Assembly: GCA_036785375.1 (NCBI GenBank)
Contig: JAWMAR010000088.1
Span: forward strand, 3,472,001-3,536,000
Length of the DNA stretch: 64,000 nucleotides
Direction of reading: 5' to 3'
Source of the DNA: Leucoraja ocellata
Lineage: Eukaryota
Made by a program: the position numbers and the translations under genes. The notes below the pieces were generated by a model that saw only the letters and a program-made list of their open reading frames with translations, was not told the origin of the DNA and searched no databases. Below, piece by piece: positions 62,016-64,000 of this stretch; positions within the stretch are counted from its first letter, which is position 1; the number at the start of each line of letters is the position of its first letter.

Positions 62016-63679
62016 TAATCAACTTGCTTGATTGGCACATCTATTCACAAACATGTACACTTCCCATCTCTAGAAAAGGTGTGTTATATTTAAAAGATGC
62101 AATACAAAAAAAATTCCCAAACATGTTTTTTATAAGCCCCATCAAACTTGCAAATAACCTGCAGGGACAAATGCACTGCTGTTAAAAAAACACCATCTTC
62201 TGCAAGTTCACCTCTATTTTGTACACCATTCCTACTTGCAAAAATGTTGCTGTATCAAAATCCTGGAACTCCCAACCTGAAAGTATGAGAATACCTTCAC
62301 CAGAAATCCTGCACCTGCTCAACACTCCTCAACACCCATTCAAGGAGTACTTGGAATGGGGAATAACTGCTGGCTTCACCATGGATGGCCACAGCCCTTC
62401 GAAACATACCAAAAAGATAGCTGTAAGATCAATGTTATTCATCAAGACCAGGCTAAGGACCAGGATAAATGATGACAGACAGTTCATGACCTTGTACATG
62501 ATATCATCTTTAGGTTCTGAATCATATCTATTGCACCAATAGACTCAGCCACTGTTCAAAGCATCACTTCCATAGTACTAATCTACGAATAATATCAGTC
62601 AGGACTCAAGTTCAAGTGAGTTTATTGTCATGTGTCCCAGATAGGACAATGACATTCTTGCTTTGCTTCAGCACACAGAACATAGTAGGCATTTACTACA
62701 AAACAGATCAGTGTGTCCATATACCATTATATAAATATAAACACACCCAACTTTATGTTTTCTGTGGCTTTATGACACACCGCATGTCACAAATTGCATG
62801 CATTTCTCACAATTCAGCTATGACAGCTATCACATGAAACACTCACACAAACCTTCCTCATAGTTGCATTGTAAGGTAGGAAGACGCAGATGATCGTTGG
62901 GGCCAAATGTGATTGCATCCTCTCTCTCCAATTGAGCAAACAGTGTCGGCCATTGTGTGAGGGGCCATGGCTTAGCTTGTGGCTCTTTATGAAGCTGAAA
63001 CCACAAAGGTTCATGGTATCCTTACATCTTATTCTCTTTTTATTTTCCACTTCCCCTCTCCACCTCATCACTTCGCTCTACAATCTTAGAGGAGCTGCAC
63101 AGCGCTGAGATAAGCATGCAGATCATACACTGACTTTGGTGCCTTCCCACACAGTGGGGAACTTTGATTCTGCTGTGTGGGGATGTTTTATGTCAAACCC
63201 TGTAGTGCGTTGTGTCCTGTTGATTTTTATTGTATGGCTGTATGGAGATTCATTTCACTGTGCCATCTGGCACACGTGACAATTAAATCTATCTTGAATC
63301 TTGAATTTACCACACCACCTCCCCACCCCATGCCTCTCTTCACCATTAAACTGTCAGACTGCTTTTCCTGTCACGGATAGTCCAGGATCTATAGTCTGGT
63401 TAAGCAGTGATAGAGAGAGAAGAAAGAGTGAAGGAAAAGACTCTCCATTTTCATTCTGAACCAACAAGTCAGATACTGACTGTGCATCTTTCAGAAGTTG
63501 CGTTGGGGAAGGGGTTTGCAAGTGAATGTTCATGAGGCAGGGGGTGGCCCACAGAACAGGGGGACTGCTGTGGTAAATGCCAGATCATGAGACAGATATG
63601 ATGCACATTGATTCTGACTCAGAGAATACTTATTCTCAGTTGATGATATACTTCACAACATTGAAGTATATCATCCATC

Positions 63680-64000
63680 GGGTGGCGCCACCACGGTGGC
63701 TGCCTCGCCAACAGTCTGTCAGTCCTCTCTCTGTTTTTATTATTTTAAGTATGTTTTAAAAGTATGATTTAGTGTTTCTTGGTTTGCTTTATTGGGGAGG
63801 GGGTGGGGGGGGAAACAGGGGAAACCTTTTTTAGTCACTTACCTCGACGGAGATGCGATTTTTCTCTGTGCGCGTCTCTGTCCCCCCCTGCGGCCTACAA
63901 CGTGGAGTGGTGCGGCCTTTCCTGGAGACCGGCCCGGAGCTTCAAGTCGTGGGCATGGCGCGGACTTTAACATCCAGAGCTGCGATCCTTTGCCCCGTGA
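63680..64000 (+). repeat. CpG-rich unclassified repeat (possibly a LINE 5' region), runs off window end
   Basis: Abrupt switch to CpG-rich sequence in an otherwise CpG-poor intron; no diagnostic motif seen. Confidence 0.35.

Overview
Eukaryotic, repeat-dense intronic window from a cartilaginous fish. A skate or ray is likely, inferred from the HE1/V-SINE, CR1/HER1 and Penelope-derived repeat set. It carries seven consecutive + strand internal exons of neurotrypsin (PRSS12): second half of SRCR2, SRCR3, SRCR4, the RQKR|IIGG activation exon and the catalytic-His exon. All have AG/GT boundaries and matching phases; the 5' exons and last protease exons were not found and probably lie outside the window. 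The introns hold heavily nested mobile DNA: CR1 LINEs (one nearly intact ORF2), Rex1/Babar LINEs, an L1, a decayed DIRS tyrosine-recombinase retrotransposon with ITR/ICR and an adenine-methyltransferase-like domain, Penelope remnants with minimal hammerhead motifs, Harbinger and hAT-type MITEs, Helitron-like elements, a solo LTR and several SINE families. The most unexpected signal is a decayed BCL7A N-terminal fragment joined directly to the truncated DIRS element, next to a hammerhead-bearing foldback (13.35-14.1 kb). There are four short N gaps. Family assignments come from recognising sequence by eye; no searches were run, and boundaries of old repeats are approximate.
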